From Aplysia californica (lineage: Eukaryota): a DNA stretch of 64,000 bases. A program made the position numbers and the translations under genes. Position 1 is the stretch's first letter; each line of letters begins with the position of its first letter. Below the pieces are notes generated by a model. It was not told where the DNA came from, did not search any database, and saw only the letters and a list, made by a program, of their open reading frames with translations. The DNA is taken from positions 89,934-153,933 of the forward strand of contig NW_004797661.1 in assembly GCF_000002075.1 (NCBI RefSeq), in the 5' to 3' direction. Positions 38,701 through 50,191 of this stretch are shown in pieces.

Positions 38701-41585
38701 TATCACGAATAAAGCTGTACTGTCCAAAAGAAAGATATTGTTGTGTGGACCTAGATACTTTCGTTGTGACAAAAAAAAATATTCTGTTACTATTCCCTCA
38801 AGATTTTATACAAATTTTAACCTGTAGAATTACTCATTTATACTATCCCTCAGTTTCTATAGACATAGAAAAATAAGTGAATTCTCTTACCCCCACCTTT
38901 GCAGTTCTTTCTGTTTTGTTTGTTATTTTGGTTAGACATCATGTTTTACCTCTACAGTCTGCGATCATGACTGCATTGAGTGATCTGTCTATCTCAGATT
39001 CAAGCAGTGTTTCATAAAACATCTACTCAGTCAATCAATTAAGAATTCAAGCAGAACTTTTCTCTACATTCTCAGCTGATGATTGGAGGGTGCCACTTGG
39101 TCCTTCTTCTTTTCTTTCCAACTGCTGTTTTTGCCTGTGTTTCTGTCCTGCTTTTTGTGTTGATGTGCTTCTCTTTACTCAAACAAAGAAACAAATTCTC
39201 TGCATGGATGGTTGATGGGTGCTGGTGTGATTTGCTCCTTCTTTCTTATCAAACATCTATTGTCCAAATCTCTCCTCCTGCTTTGTTGTGTTTGTTACTC
39301 TCTTGTAACACCTCTAATCTTCTGGCGCTCATATGACTTTATGCAGTAGCGAGCGCCTTAAAACCTCTACTAAAACTAATACTAATCAAATCTTTGGCAC
39401 TTATATATATATGCGTCACGAAATGGTGGAATCAGGCCCTCGTCAATTTTTGGCCATGAGAAGTTATTGGTATCACCTGAAAGCTTATTTATTTGCCTTG
39501 CTTTTCATGAAAAAAAATCCATCTAGCTTGAAAAGAACTCAAGATATTTGCGATTGAAGGAAATGAGGTCGCCTGGTTTCAGTGGTGAAATTAGCGAGAA
39601 AATGGCCGCCAAAGTTTGGTGACTGCAAAAGCTAAAGAGTCCTTGAAAAAATAAAGAATGACATATTTTGTACCTTTAATCAATATTTTTCTGTAAAATT
39701 CACATGGAAATGTGTTTTTATGTGGACATAAAAGAGGTCGAGTCAAAAATAGAAATTCGATAAAAATGTCCAAACTGGCAGAAAAATGCCTGTTTCTCCG
39801 ATTTCTGTATTTTGACGAGCGCCTGGTTTCACCATGATGCCTCCTATATGTTCCAAACCCTGTAAAACTCTTACTAAAATAAAGCAAATTCTCTGCATTC
39901 TTTAGCCCGGAGCCCCACCCATGGACAAGTTCAACCTGTGGGGCGGCTCACTCTCGCTGGGGCATCCTTTCGGAGCAACCGGCGTGCGATTGGTCACAAC
40001 AGCTGCCAACAGACTTATCCAAGAAGGCGGTCAGTTTGGCCTGGTTGCAGCCTGTGCTGCCGGAGGACATGTGAGTAACTGATTCTAATTTGCCCATGGT
40101 CCTCCTTTTTCCTGTTGAGGCTGAATCTACTATTTAGATTTCTTCTCCCTTTCCAGATTTTTTTTCGTTCTTTTTATCTTCCTAATGATGTTGGGTGTGC
40201 TTTCTCCTTTGTCCTGTCCAGATTAGGCTGCCATATCCAAGGGATCTGTATTTTGGAATTTTACTGATCAGATATTTAAGAACGTTGTCTGAAATGGAAC
40301 ATGTTTTCCACCGGTTTACAGATTGCTTTTTGTCCTGTTTTTCCGACTGTTTATAATGTCAAAAGAGCTTAAGCTTCAGAAAGTCTTGGAATAAATTAGC
40401 ACGTGGGTACCTTGTTGTAGGCCTTCATCTGAAATATTACAGCGAAACATCTTTCGTCATCTTTGAGTTTGGCTGTTTTAAAAAAGCTGGGGGTGGGTAA
40501 GGTCAGGTCCAGGGATTACGAAGCTGTTCTTATTGGGGGGGAGGGGGGGGGGGTTATTTTATCCTTATTTGACATTGAAATGAGTATGCTTATGTATAAT
40601 ATTCTACTAATTTTAGAATAAGCATATAAGATTTGATAATACTTATATTTAATTTGACTGTTTATGTCTAAGTTGTCATTCATGAGTACCGCTTTAATTT
40701 CTTCTAAATGTGTCCATACTGTACAGTGTGTTAAGTAATGTAAATTTATGAAGATGTGTGTCTTTCGGGCTCTTTCATGGGGTTTGCATTTAAGGGATTG
40801 TGTGTATTGCAAAATGCTGGTTTGATTGAGTGGGTGGCTTAATCGCAGGTGTTTGTAAATCTTAATACCTGAAGGTAGGCATAACCCTATCCGTACGACC
40901 TGTGGTTATTTTGTACCCCCGGTGTTGTAATCCTCACATTTTAGAATACTTCAAGTATGAAGATCTCTTTGAAACTTTCAGTATTTCTCAAGAAATAATT
41001 TTGACAGACTGCTATGCAAAGCATACGGATAGGATTAACAAGTAAATTTCCTCTTTGGAGAGATCCGAAGGAAATATTATAAATGCAAGAAATTGCAGGA
41101 TATTTTTTCCGTCGTTGTTCCCAGCAGAATTTTAAATTTTATAAAGGCCATTGGCCTTTATGGCGAGTTGTAGAGTGAATTTGATATTATTAAAAAATTN
41201 NNNNNNNNNNNNNNNNNNNNNNNNNNNNNNNNNNNNNNNNNNNNNNNNNNNNNNNNNNNNNNNNNNNNNNNNNNNNNNNNNNNNNNNNNNNNNNNNNNNG
41301 CAGAGGTGAACAACTTGTGTTTCGCGCGCTCATATGACCTTAGCAGTTGCGAGCGCCGTAAAACCTTATACTATACACATACATAAATTTCCTCTTCCGA
41401 AAGTGGTGGCACAGAGTTCCCTACGTCGTATGGATACAATAATAAAACGCGGCATACGGATAAGGTTAAATATATTCTCATGTGAAAATTTAAACTGCTT
41501 TCCCTTGTTACTTTGCTTTTGATTGTTCCTTCTTTCCTTCTCTTCACAGGGCCATGCTATGCTTGTGGAGCGCTATCCGTCATAA
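26710..41585 (+). CDS. HADHB: Mitochondrial trifunctional enzyme subunit beta (long-chain 3-ketoacyl-CoA thiolase), 474 aa, 14 coding exons
   Basis: Exons 26710-26749, 28482-28559, 29388-29517, 29839-29870, 30290-30357, 31154-31241, 31984-32267, 33285-33372, 34818-34942, 35644-35771, 36424-36511, 38171-38245, 39906-40070, 41550-41585; all GT-AG, total 1425 nt. Motifs: [26 protein letters not shown] (catalytic Cys), [65 protein letters not shown]-terminus resembles a mitochondrial transit peptide. Confidence 0.96.
28712..28880 (+). repeat. Copy of the Nimb-tailed interspersed repeat
   Basis: Aligns with 37942-38103. Confidence 0.7.
30904..31051. mobile_element. piggyBac-like MITE
   Basis: TTAA|CACTTT ... 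AAAGTG|TTAA. Confidence 0.6.
31340..31555 (+). mobile_element. tRNA-derived SINE
   Basis: A-box-like GTGGTATAGTGGTTAG followed by a body shared with 5385-5602. Confidence 0.6.
33792..34507. mobile_element. piggyBac-like non-autonomous element
   Basis: TTAA|CACATTACACCCTAA ... TTAGGGTGTAATGTG|CTAA, a perfect 15-bp TIR. Confidence 0.8.
36945..37869. mobile_element. piggyBac-like non-autonomous element
   Basis: TTAA|CTCACTT ... AAGTGAG|TTAA; CpG-rich interior unlike the host intron. Confidence 0.7.
37942..38103 (+). repeat. Interspersed repeat with I/Nimb-LINE-like 3' stem-loop tail (representative copy)
   Basis: GGGTGCTCTGGTGTGGTTTGCTTC...CTCTAATCTTCTGG(C/T)GCTCATATGACCTTATGCAGTTGCGAGCGC(C/T)GTAAAACCTCTACTAA. 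Other copies at about 17011-17063, 28712-28880, 39207-39380, 41325-41372, 43405-43572, 56628-56712 (+) and 40-135, 28660-28700, 60158-60212, 63094-63121 (-). Confidence 0.7.
39207..39380 (+). repeat. Copy of the Nimb-tailed interspersed repeat
   Basis: Aligns with 37942-38103. Confidence 0.7.
39402..39850. mobile_element. TIR DNA-transposon remnant, same family as 56877-57299
   Basis: Inverted ends ATGGTGGAATCAGGCCCTCGTCAA / TTGACGAGCGCCTGGTTTCACCATGATGCCTCCTATATG. Confidence 0.65.
40885..41034. mobile_element. piggyBac-like MITE
   Basis: ATAA|CCCTATCCGTA ... TACGGATAGGA|TTAA; a related end CATACGGATAAGG|TTAA lies near 41453-41468. Confidence 0.55.
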
Positions 41586-43404
41586 TAACAGCAACAACCT
41601 CCAAGGGGATTAAATGTAACTGAGTGAAGTGGTGGATTGAAAGCTGAAGTTGCAGACTGTAAATGACATTACAGTGACATCTACTTTCTACATAATTGAG
41701 ATTTTGTGTTTCAGTTTCAGAAAGCCAAGGACTTTTTCTACTTGATCTCTGGAATGACTTTAGACTTTCTGATTTTGTATCTCTCACGTTTTCAGACTCA
41801 ACACTAAAGTGTATTGAGTTTTTTTTTGTTTTTTTTTTCAGTAAGTTCTTTAATAATTTTTTCATTGACTTGAAAGCATAGATGAAGACTCACTGAGGTT
41901 TTTTTTTTCTTGCTTGTTTTTTTTTCTTGCTTTTTTAAAAAGGGAGGGGCGGTCATAAACAATAATGTTGATGGACATTGGAACATCTTGTCGTGATAGC
42001 ATAACTGAGCTGGACACACTAATAAGTTATGTCATTCTGTTGTGAAATCTGAGTGGTCTTGATTACCACATACAAGATAAATGTAACAAAATATTTTGTT
42101 GTCTCTCAATTTTGTAAGAGGATAAATCTGGTAAGTGGCATGCTTGTTTGTTGGTAATTCGTCTGTAGATTTCAGATGAGTTAAAATACAAATGTGTTCC
42201 TTCCTATTTGGTTGGTAAACTTTGTACAGCTTTTTCAATCGGCCAAAGGGTTGTTTGAGCGATGCAAAGTGTGTGATGTGCTCAGGGAAGATCTTTGTGT
42301 GTACTGTATGACAGGAAGTTTGATTGCAGAGCACTTTAATGACAGTTTACTTTAAAATGTTTTGATACTTGGCTGTGTCTTGTTGTGTACCTGAGATTTT
42401 GACCTGTGTAATCAGTCGGTGATTTCATTCCATTGTAATTGTAACAGATTAAATTGGGGATGATTGTTTTCTATTTTCTGTTTTGATGGTTCTAACACAC
42501 AGCTGTGTCTATTTTATCACAGAATTTGAATAAATCATAGCATAAGGTTTGTGGTCAAGATATTGCAGGAGCTTTTTATAGTCATTAAGTATTTAGCTAT
42601 GCTTGTAAAAATCTGTACTTTACTGTAACTTATCTTGAATGAGAGGGTGTGTTTTGCTTTGGGTTGGGGCGTAAATCTGAAGACGGATATTCTACATTGC
42701 ATGACCATGCAATTATTTTCAATAATGACCCGCATTTTGTAGGGTTTGAGAACAGATAAGTAGTATTAAAGTGCTTTCTTTGTGTGAACCGTTTAGATTA
42801 AGTACTGATACTGAGGTAAATCTATGCGTATTGTGTGTGTATTGTTGTGATACCAAGCCTGCTTTAGTGATGTAATGTGTTTGTCTCGTCCCCAATGATC
42901 AACACACAATTGCAAACTATGAATAAAACTTTTTGAAATAAAGGCAGGATTGTTTACTTTTTATGGTACAAGTTCAGGACTCATCTTATGAAAAAAAATG
43001 TCACATACAAAGAAAACAAGGCATTTTTAATCTCTCCTTTCATGTCTCCATGTTATAACTGGCTGTGGCTGAGTAGTTTCAATGCTGGAGCCGGCACCGA
43101 CCATGAAAGCTGTTGGGCACTTTTTTTACTTTTTGCGGAGCATCAGGCAATGTTAACTTTCAAAGCCTTTAGAATCACAAAATGGCTATAACCTTTTTTC
43201 TAGTTTGCTTTTTGTCCCGACACATTGGAATCGGAGGCGCGTATCGTTGCTAGTTGGCTTTTGGAATTACATTCCTGGCTCAGTTCAGATTACTGTCATA
43301 AATAATTAGATAATTCTGACAGTATGAGTGTTATTAACTTAGTATTAGGAGCTTCTAGTACAGTTGGTACTGGACAGAGTCTGTTTAAAGGTCATGGGCA
43401 GTTG

Positions 43405-43572
43405 GTTGGCGAGTGCTCTAATGTGGTTTGCTCTTTCTTTCCTATCAAACATCTATCATCCTGATCTCTCCTTCTTTTTAGTGTTTGTTACTCTCTTGTA
43501 ACATCTCTAATCTTCAGTACTTATATATGATCTTATTGTGCTGCAAGTGCCGTAAAATCTTACTAAAACTAA
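43405..43572 (+). repeat. Copy of the Nimb-tailed interspersed repeat
   Basis: Aligns with 37942-38103. Confidence 0.65.
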
Positions 43573-44589
43573 ATAAAAGGGCATGAGTTTGATTCCTCAT
43601 GGCTGAAAGTCTGATGTCCTTAAAGGAAGGACATTTTAAACAAATTTTGTGGTTTTTCCCAACTGGTACATGTATTAGCATTTTTGGGGGGGTTAAATCA
43701 CATTTAGAAAAGCGTTCCTGAGCCAAAACTGACTGCTTTGTCTATTCTGTTTCACACTTTAGAAAATGAAGTGTTCTCTAGTTCGCTGGGCATTCCGGGA
43801 CTTGAGGGAACTTTATCTGTTTACCTTTACCTTATCTCTGTCAGGTAGAGTGGTTGAGGAGCACTCTGGTGTTATCTGTTCATTCATTTTCTTATCTGTT
43901 CCGCTGGCAAAATGTGTCCATCTTTGTGATGACTCGCAGTAAAACTACAGCTCAATTGAAGCGTCCACATCCCTCTACTGTTGTCTCATTTTTCTCATCT
44001 CAGTCTTTCCTCTGTGTTTCAGTGTACTGCTGTTACGGCACATCATATACAAGTTTACAAACTTGTGTAACCTTTGATGATCAGCATCTGTGATATGATG
44101 GCTTGGTCTTTGCTTTTGAATTCAATTCTTGCCTTTATAAGGAAGTCTATCAAGTGCCGCATTTCATCTTTCTTCTTAGATTCTGTATCCCACTCAGTCC
44201 ATGATGGCCCTGACAGGCATAATTATAATGGTAGCAGCCCATCTCCCCAAATGATCTAAATTATGTTGAATGGGAGCATCAAGTATTTGTAAACATAAAC
44301 TGTTGATTATAATTAAACTTTGAGCTAAAAAAAACTGAGGATCAGCAGCTCATTGTACCGTACCTTTATTGAGAGATGTCGTTTACTCTGCTTTTGAAAT
44401 CATAATACATTCTTAATCATTTAGGTTGCTCGGCTAAACCAAGAAGAATAAGTGCATGTGACGTGCTAGCTGATTCTCCTTACCTAGATCTCCCTTGTGT
44501 CTCAATTTTAAACCGTTGTTAGTTTGTATCTTGTCTTGCTTCTCCTCCTCTAATAATAATAACAAAAAGAAGAACAACAATGATACATA

Positions 44590-44597
44590 ATAATAAT

Positions 44598-44641
<44 letters not shown>

Positions 44642-44990
44642 TAACAATAAGTAGCAGTTGTGTAGCACATATCTCCGCTTGAGAGCAGGCTCTGTGTGCT
44701 TTCCATCATGTTATGCTTTATTACTACAACAGACCCTGGTATACTGAGAAACATTCTCAACTTCCCGGGAGGCATACAGTGCAAGAAGCCAATTAACAAA
44801 CACAAACTGAAATGATATTTCGCTTTCTGTAGCCCGGTACCCATTCCCACAAGGGTGAAAAAAAGAAGAAAATTCGTATGAAGTGCCTTTCCCAAGGACA
44901 CAACATCGGGGCCCTGGCAGGATTCGAGCCCACGACTTGATTGTTGCGAGTCCGAGAGTCTAACCACTAAAACACCGACGTCATGCTGTT
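44590..44990 (-). mobile_element. tRNA-derived SINE with GTGTCCTTGGGAAAGGCACTT central motif and (TAT)n tail
   Basis: Head (minus strand) TAGTGGTTAGACTCTCGGACTCGCAAC...GGCTCGAATCC; L2/CR1-like tail ending in (TAT)n. Confidence 0.75.
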
Positions 44991-45339
44991 GCATTCATTC
45001 TGACAAACTCGGTTTGTTTGTTTGTCTTTTTGTTTCGCAATTTAAGCGTTCCACAGTGAATGAGTACGATGAGGAACACGTACAAGCAGACGCACGCTGC
45101 ACAACCGCAGGAATTTTGTTTGATAAGTGTTTTACGGCACTCGCGACTTCATCATAAAAAGGCCATATGAGCGCTCGGGGCACATTAAACATGTTCAGTT
45201 TGGTAGGAATTAATAGGCCCTATTGAATTTTTCCCGGGTGGCGGCCGAAGCCTCCTTTATCGTTCTTGGACCACCAAGGGATCGTTCGCAACTTGCACAC
45301 GCAACCCCCAAGATTTTCGTCCTTATCCGAGAAGACTAG

Positions 45340-45622
45340 ATGTTAAATCTTATCTTACCTACCCTAAGATCAGGGGTGTGGCTGAATGGCAGCAGTAAGT
45401 TAAGGAGCCAGGGAGTAGCAGTAGAAAGGCTGTAGAAAGAGTCAGGAGCCCAGAGGAGGGGACAAAGGGGGTGGGGGTAAAAAGTGGAGACGGCAGCAGA
45501 CGACAGAACACACAGAGCAGGAAAGAGGGTGAACAGAAATTTTTTTTCCATCGCTCTCAGGTTTCGAATCCGGGACCTATTGAATGAGAGGTGAACACCG
45601 TAACCTCTAGACCACGAGGGAT
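45340..45622 (-). mobile_element. tRNA-derived SINE
   Basis: Head (minus strand) CTCGTGGTCTAGAGGTTACGGTG...GGATTCGAAACCTGAG with A- and B-boxes. Confidence 0.7.
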
Positions 45623-46214
45623 GGGCGCGCAGGTGGGTGGAACCTGCACTACTATGTCATTTCTTTTCTCTTCTTCTATTGTTTCTGTCGGCATATAATC
45701 GTTCTTGTTCCGTACATGTGTAGTAATAATGGCCGTGGTCGTGTCAATATTACTATGCTTCCTTTTACTCAAACCAGACTAATTAGTTAGGTGTAAAGCT
45801 TTCACACACACACACANNNNNNNNNNNNNNNNNNNNNNNNNNNNNNNNNNNNNNNNNNNNNNNNNNNNNNNNNNNNNNNNNNNNNNNNNNNNNNNNNNNN
45901 NNNNNNNNNNNNNNNNGAGAGAGAGAGTAACGCAGTGATGGAGCAAGCTCATGTAAGCCACGCCACTGCAGGCTCACGCAGCGGGTGAAGCGAGAGATGG
46001 CCGTGGTGTGCTGCATGCTTCGATCTAGCTCAAAGGCTAGCAAAACGCACGCGTGATGTGTCATGTGCAGGCAATGGGAAACTACCCATGAATAAATACA
46101 GCTGGATTAGTCCACAAATGCTTACTCCCCTTGCATTTCTGATTTAACAGGGATCTGATATAACAGGATTTTTTCTCTGGCCCTACAATCCCTGTTATAT
46201 CAGGCTTCCACTGT

Positions 46215-46570
46215 AATAATAAATAATAAGCAGCATTTGTATCGCGTATATCTCCGCTCGAGAGCGATCTCTGTGTGCTTTCCATCATGCTATGTATTAT
46301 TACTCCAGCAGACCATAGTATACTCAGGAACATTCTCTACTTCGCGGGAGGCATACAGTGCAAGAAGCCAATTAACCAACACAACCAAACTGAAATTATA
46401 TTTCGCTTTCTATAGCCTGGTACCCATTCCCACCTGGGGGGAAAAAAGTAAACTCGTGTGAAGTGCCTTTCCCAAGGACACAACTTTGGGCCCCTGGCGG
46501 GATTCGAGCCCACGACCTTATGGTTGCGAGTCCGAGAGCCTATAACTAAACACCGACGTCATGCTGTTGC
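46215..46570 (-). mobile_element. Second copy of the same tRNA-derived SINE
   Basis: Aligns by eye to 44640-44990. Confidence 0.75.
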
Positions 46571-46934
46571 ATTCAATCTAAGAAACTCGGTTTGTTTGTC
46601 TTTTATGTTTCGCAGTTTAAGTGTTCCTCAGTGGATGAGTACGATGAGGAACAAGTACAAGCAGACCCACTGCACAACCGCAGGAATTTTGTTTGGTAAG
46701 TCGGTAAGTGATTTACGGCACTCGCAACTTCATCATAAAAATAAAAAGGTCATATGAGCACGCGGGACACATTCAACATGTTCAGTTTAGTAGGAATTAA
46801 TAGGCCCTTTTGAATTTTTCCCGAGTGGCGGCCGAAGCCTCCTTTATCGTTTTTGGACCACCAAGGGATTGTTCGCAACTTGCACACGCGACCCCCGAGA
46901 TTTTCATCCTTATCCGAGAAGACAATGTGCTAAA

Positions 46935-47210
46935 TCTTACCTTCCCTAAGATCAGGGGTGTGACTGAATGGCAGCAGTAAGAAGGAGTAGCAGTAGAAAG
47001 GCTGCAGAAAGAGTCAGGAGCCCAGAGGACGGTACAAAGGGGGAGGGGGGGGGGATGTGGGTAGAAGTAGAAGTGGAGACAGAGGCAGACGACAGAACAC
47101 ACAGAGCAGGAAAGAGGGTGAACAGAAAATTTTTTCCATCGCTCTCAGGTTTCGAATCCGGGACCTATTGAATGAGAGGTGAACACCGTAACCTCTAGAC
47201 CACGAGGGAT
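46935..47210 (-). mobile_element. tRNA-derived SINE (duplicate of 45340-45622)
   Basis: Near-identical head and body to the 45340-45622 copy. Confidence 0.7.
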
Positions 47211-49328
47211 GGGCGCGCAGGTGGGTGGAGCCTGCACGACTATGTCATTTCTTTTCTCTTCTTCTATTGTTTCTGTCGGCATAATATCATAATCGTTCTT
47301 GTTCCCTGTATGTGTAGTCATATTGGCCGTGGTCGCGTCAATATTACTATGCTTCCTTTTACTCAAACCAGACTAATNNNNNNNNNNNNNNNNNNNNNNN
47401 NNNNNNNNNNNNNNNNNNNNNNNNNNNNNNNNNNNNNNNNNNNNNNNNNNNNNNNNNNNNNNNNNNNNNNNNNNNNNNNNNNNNNNNNNNNNNNNNNNNN
47501 NNNNNNNNNNNNNNNNNNNNNNNNNNNNNNNNNNNNNNNNNNNNNNNNNNNNNNNNNNNNNNNNNNNNNNNNNNATGTCCACATGGTTTAACCCTCTTCT
47601 ATTTAAACTTGATACCTCTTTGATGATTGCCTGGTGTCTTTACTTATTTTAAGTTCTCTTCAGTGTTACTGTTACCGCACTGTTTCCCTTATCCGTTCCT
47701 TCTTGCTAAAGACCTATGTGCTATTAGCAATTAGGGCCTACTTATCCACTCTCATTGAAACGGGTTTCCTTCTTTCAACCAGTCAAGGCAAGATGATTGT
47801 TTTCATATCAGGTGTATTTTCTTCTTCAGAAAATTCCAAAGTGAACAATACAAAAAGGGCTGTTCTCAGCGATTTCCTGTGACCTCTTTTCAACCCGAGT
47901 CATGTGAAAAGTCACGAGACAAAATTATGTTTGACAAGAAGAAACGCATGACTGCTTTATTGGGGTCAGCACACGGAGGTCGTAAACTCTATGGGTCATG
48001 AATGAAAACAGGGGCATGATAAAGAAATGAATAAGAACTTTTATCAGTTTAAGACAACGCAGGTTAATGTTGGAGGGTGCTATAACGGTTAGGTCTGACA
48101 TCGTTCCCACTTCCCTCTATTTCTGTTCTTTCTACTCGACTTTCGATGTTGCTTCTCCACAGCGCTGAATGGTTATAGTTATACTTTACTTTTGATTCGC
48201 TTCTCCGCTTCAAACAACACTGTGTAAAGGTGATTTACAATAGCCTTTTTCAGTGCACAAGTTGATGTGTTGTTTTTTTTCTAATGTGTTATGGATATTG
48301 AGACATAGCCTACATTTTAATAAAAAAAATGACCGCTTCGTATATTACGCTACCCAAACCTAATTAAACGTATCGTAGCAAAAAAAATAAAAAATGATAA
48401 CAAAGGTTCAGAAATACCGATTTAGATGCCACACTAGTATCATATAAATTTACACTATACTAAAAAGGAGGTACAGTATAGAAAAGTGTCCTTTCCCGTT
48501 CTTCTTTTTTGCCAGTTTAGTTGAGTAGGCATTACATAACGCTCTTCAACACACGAATGAATCGCTGTAAAGCATATAATATCGAGGAGTATTCCAATAA
48601 CAAGATAAGTAATAAGAAAGAAAATAGACGCCGCACCAAATTACTTTTCTCTGCTTGGATGCTCGTCTAGATTTTGTTTTGCACCCAGCATGAGTTGGAT
48701 GACTAATAAAAGTAGCGTAAATCTATGGATAAAACACTTTTACATAATGTAGCCATCATGCATTACACAATATATTTTTTAATACAATGATAAACTGTGC
48801 TTCAATATTTCAAGTTATGTAAGCCAGATGTTTCGAAAAGGAAGTTGTTTTTGTTCTTGGGTCTAATAATAGATGTGTACCAGCTCTGGGTGCTTTCCAG
48901 AACTCAAGAGTAAACATTCTGTCAGGATGAGAAAATAATATATGGTTTATATAAATAATAGAATAAATATAACCTCCTTATTGGTCAAAACAAACACAGA
49001 CGCCGGTAACGTGTTAGCAGGGCATGACAATGCAAGGGAGCCGCTTGAAAAAAGGTTTAGGCTAAGTTTAATTAAAAAGCCTGGTTCTCCAAATAACCCA
49101 TCCAAACAACAAAACAGGGAATCTCCTAAAGAAAAATGAAAGTAGGCCTTAAAAAAATTCATTCAACATAATACTTATGGTGGTGAGTGGTGACTGTTTG
49201 AGTTGAGGGCATCGCGGACACATAATATATAGCCTAATGTCTTATCAGCACAGACCGAAGGCAATTATGTTGCTATACATTTCGAACCATAAAAAAACAT
49301 AGACCCGAAACAAGTTAGTATCATACTT

Positions 49329-49331
<3 letters not shown>

Positions 49332-49392
<61 letters not shown>
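49332..49392. repeat. (TA)n microsatellite
   Basis: Seen directly. Confidence 0.95.
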
Positions 49393-49395
<3 letters not shown>

Positions 49396-49595
49396 ATTTT
49401 CACTTGCGGCGTTTTGGCATTATATCTTCGATCTTTGCTAAGATCCACGTTATGAAACATCATGTGACCACGCCCCCTGCCTCCGCAACTCCCCCCCCCC
49501 CCCCAAACCGACGCCAGGGAGTGCAGGTGCACGCGCTCGCGTCCATGCATGCATGCGTTTGTAAGTGCGTAGGGCCTATAGTATATGCGTGCGTT

Positions 49596-49600
<5 letters not shown>

Positions 49601-49662
<62 letters not shown>
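49601..49662. repeat. (GT)n microsatellite
   Basis: Seen directly. Confidence 0.95.
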
Positions 49663-49663
<1 letters not shown>

Positions 49664-49859
49664 GGCGTGTGTGTGTAGTAAATAAATTTACGAAGTGCCA
49701 TAAATTTATGTCTTTTGGATATAAATAATTTATCTTATCTTTGTTTTGACCTACAACAAAAGCAGAGCGATAGAGTCTTGCAGTTGAAACCCCAGAGTAG
49801 CTTCCCTTGCACTCCAAAGGACAAAACGGCACAGTGGAGGGCAGGGCAGGCAGGCACGT

Positions 49860-50017
49860 TTTTTACACTTGCATTGGCAGAGTTGGTAACGACGGACGCT
49901 GGAGAGGCCGAGTGAGAGCGTTTGTTTCGCCTACTAGATCTACCCGTTGTATTCCTGCTGTGTTTCTCTTCTGCTAGATTTATAAATTGTAACAGACTGT
50001 GTTGCAGGTTGCCGTCA
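49860..50017 (+). other. Probable non-coding first exon (5' UTR) of the SBP-like gene; start boundary approximate
   Basis: Strong donor CA|GTAAGT at 50017/50018 and a polypyrimidine + CAG acceptor at 50165-50167, just upstream of the ATG at 50192. Confidence 0.45.
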
Positions 50018-50191
50018 GTAAGTTCTAGTCGAAAACAACTAAGCTAAAGCCTACACTAGCTTTTTGTTGTTATTGTTGTTGTCAGCTCTGCAGCAAGATT
50101 AGTTCAGGGTTAAGTTGTGTAATAAATACATTGGATCGTCAATCTTTTTAACGATTTCTTTTGACAGTTTGCGTCGCCGGGATCTAGCAGT

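Larger units (their letters stand above)
44640..47377. repeat. About 1.15 kb direct duplication (44640-45783 vs 46225-47377)
   Basis: Same order of SINE, Nimb tail, SINE and flanking sequence; both copies end ...CTCAAACCAGACTAAT close to an N gap. Confidence 0.8.

Noticed and set aside
44860-47210. tRNA-like sequences
   Set aside because: Degenerate SINE heads joined to repeat bodies and tails; no intact cloverleaf.
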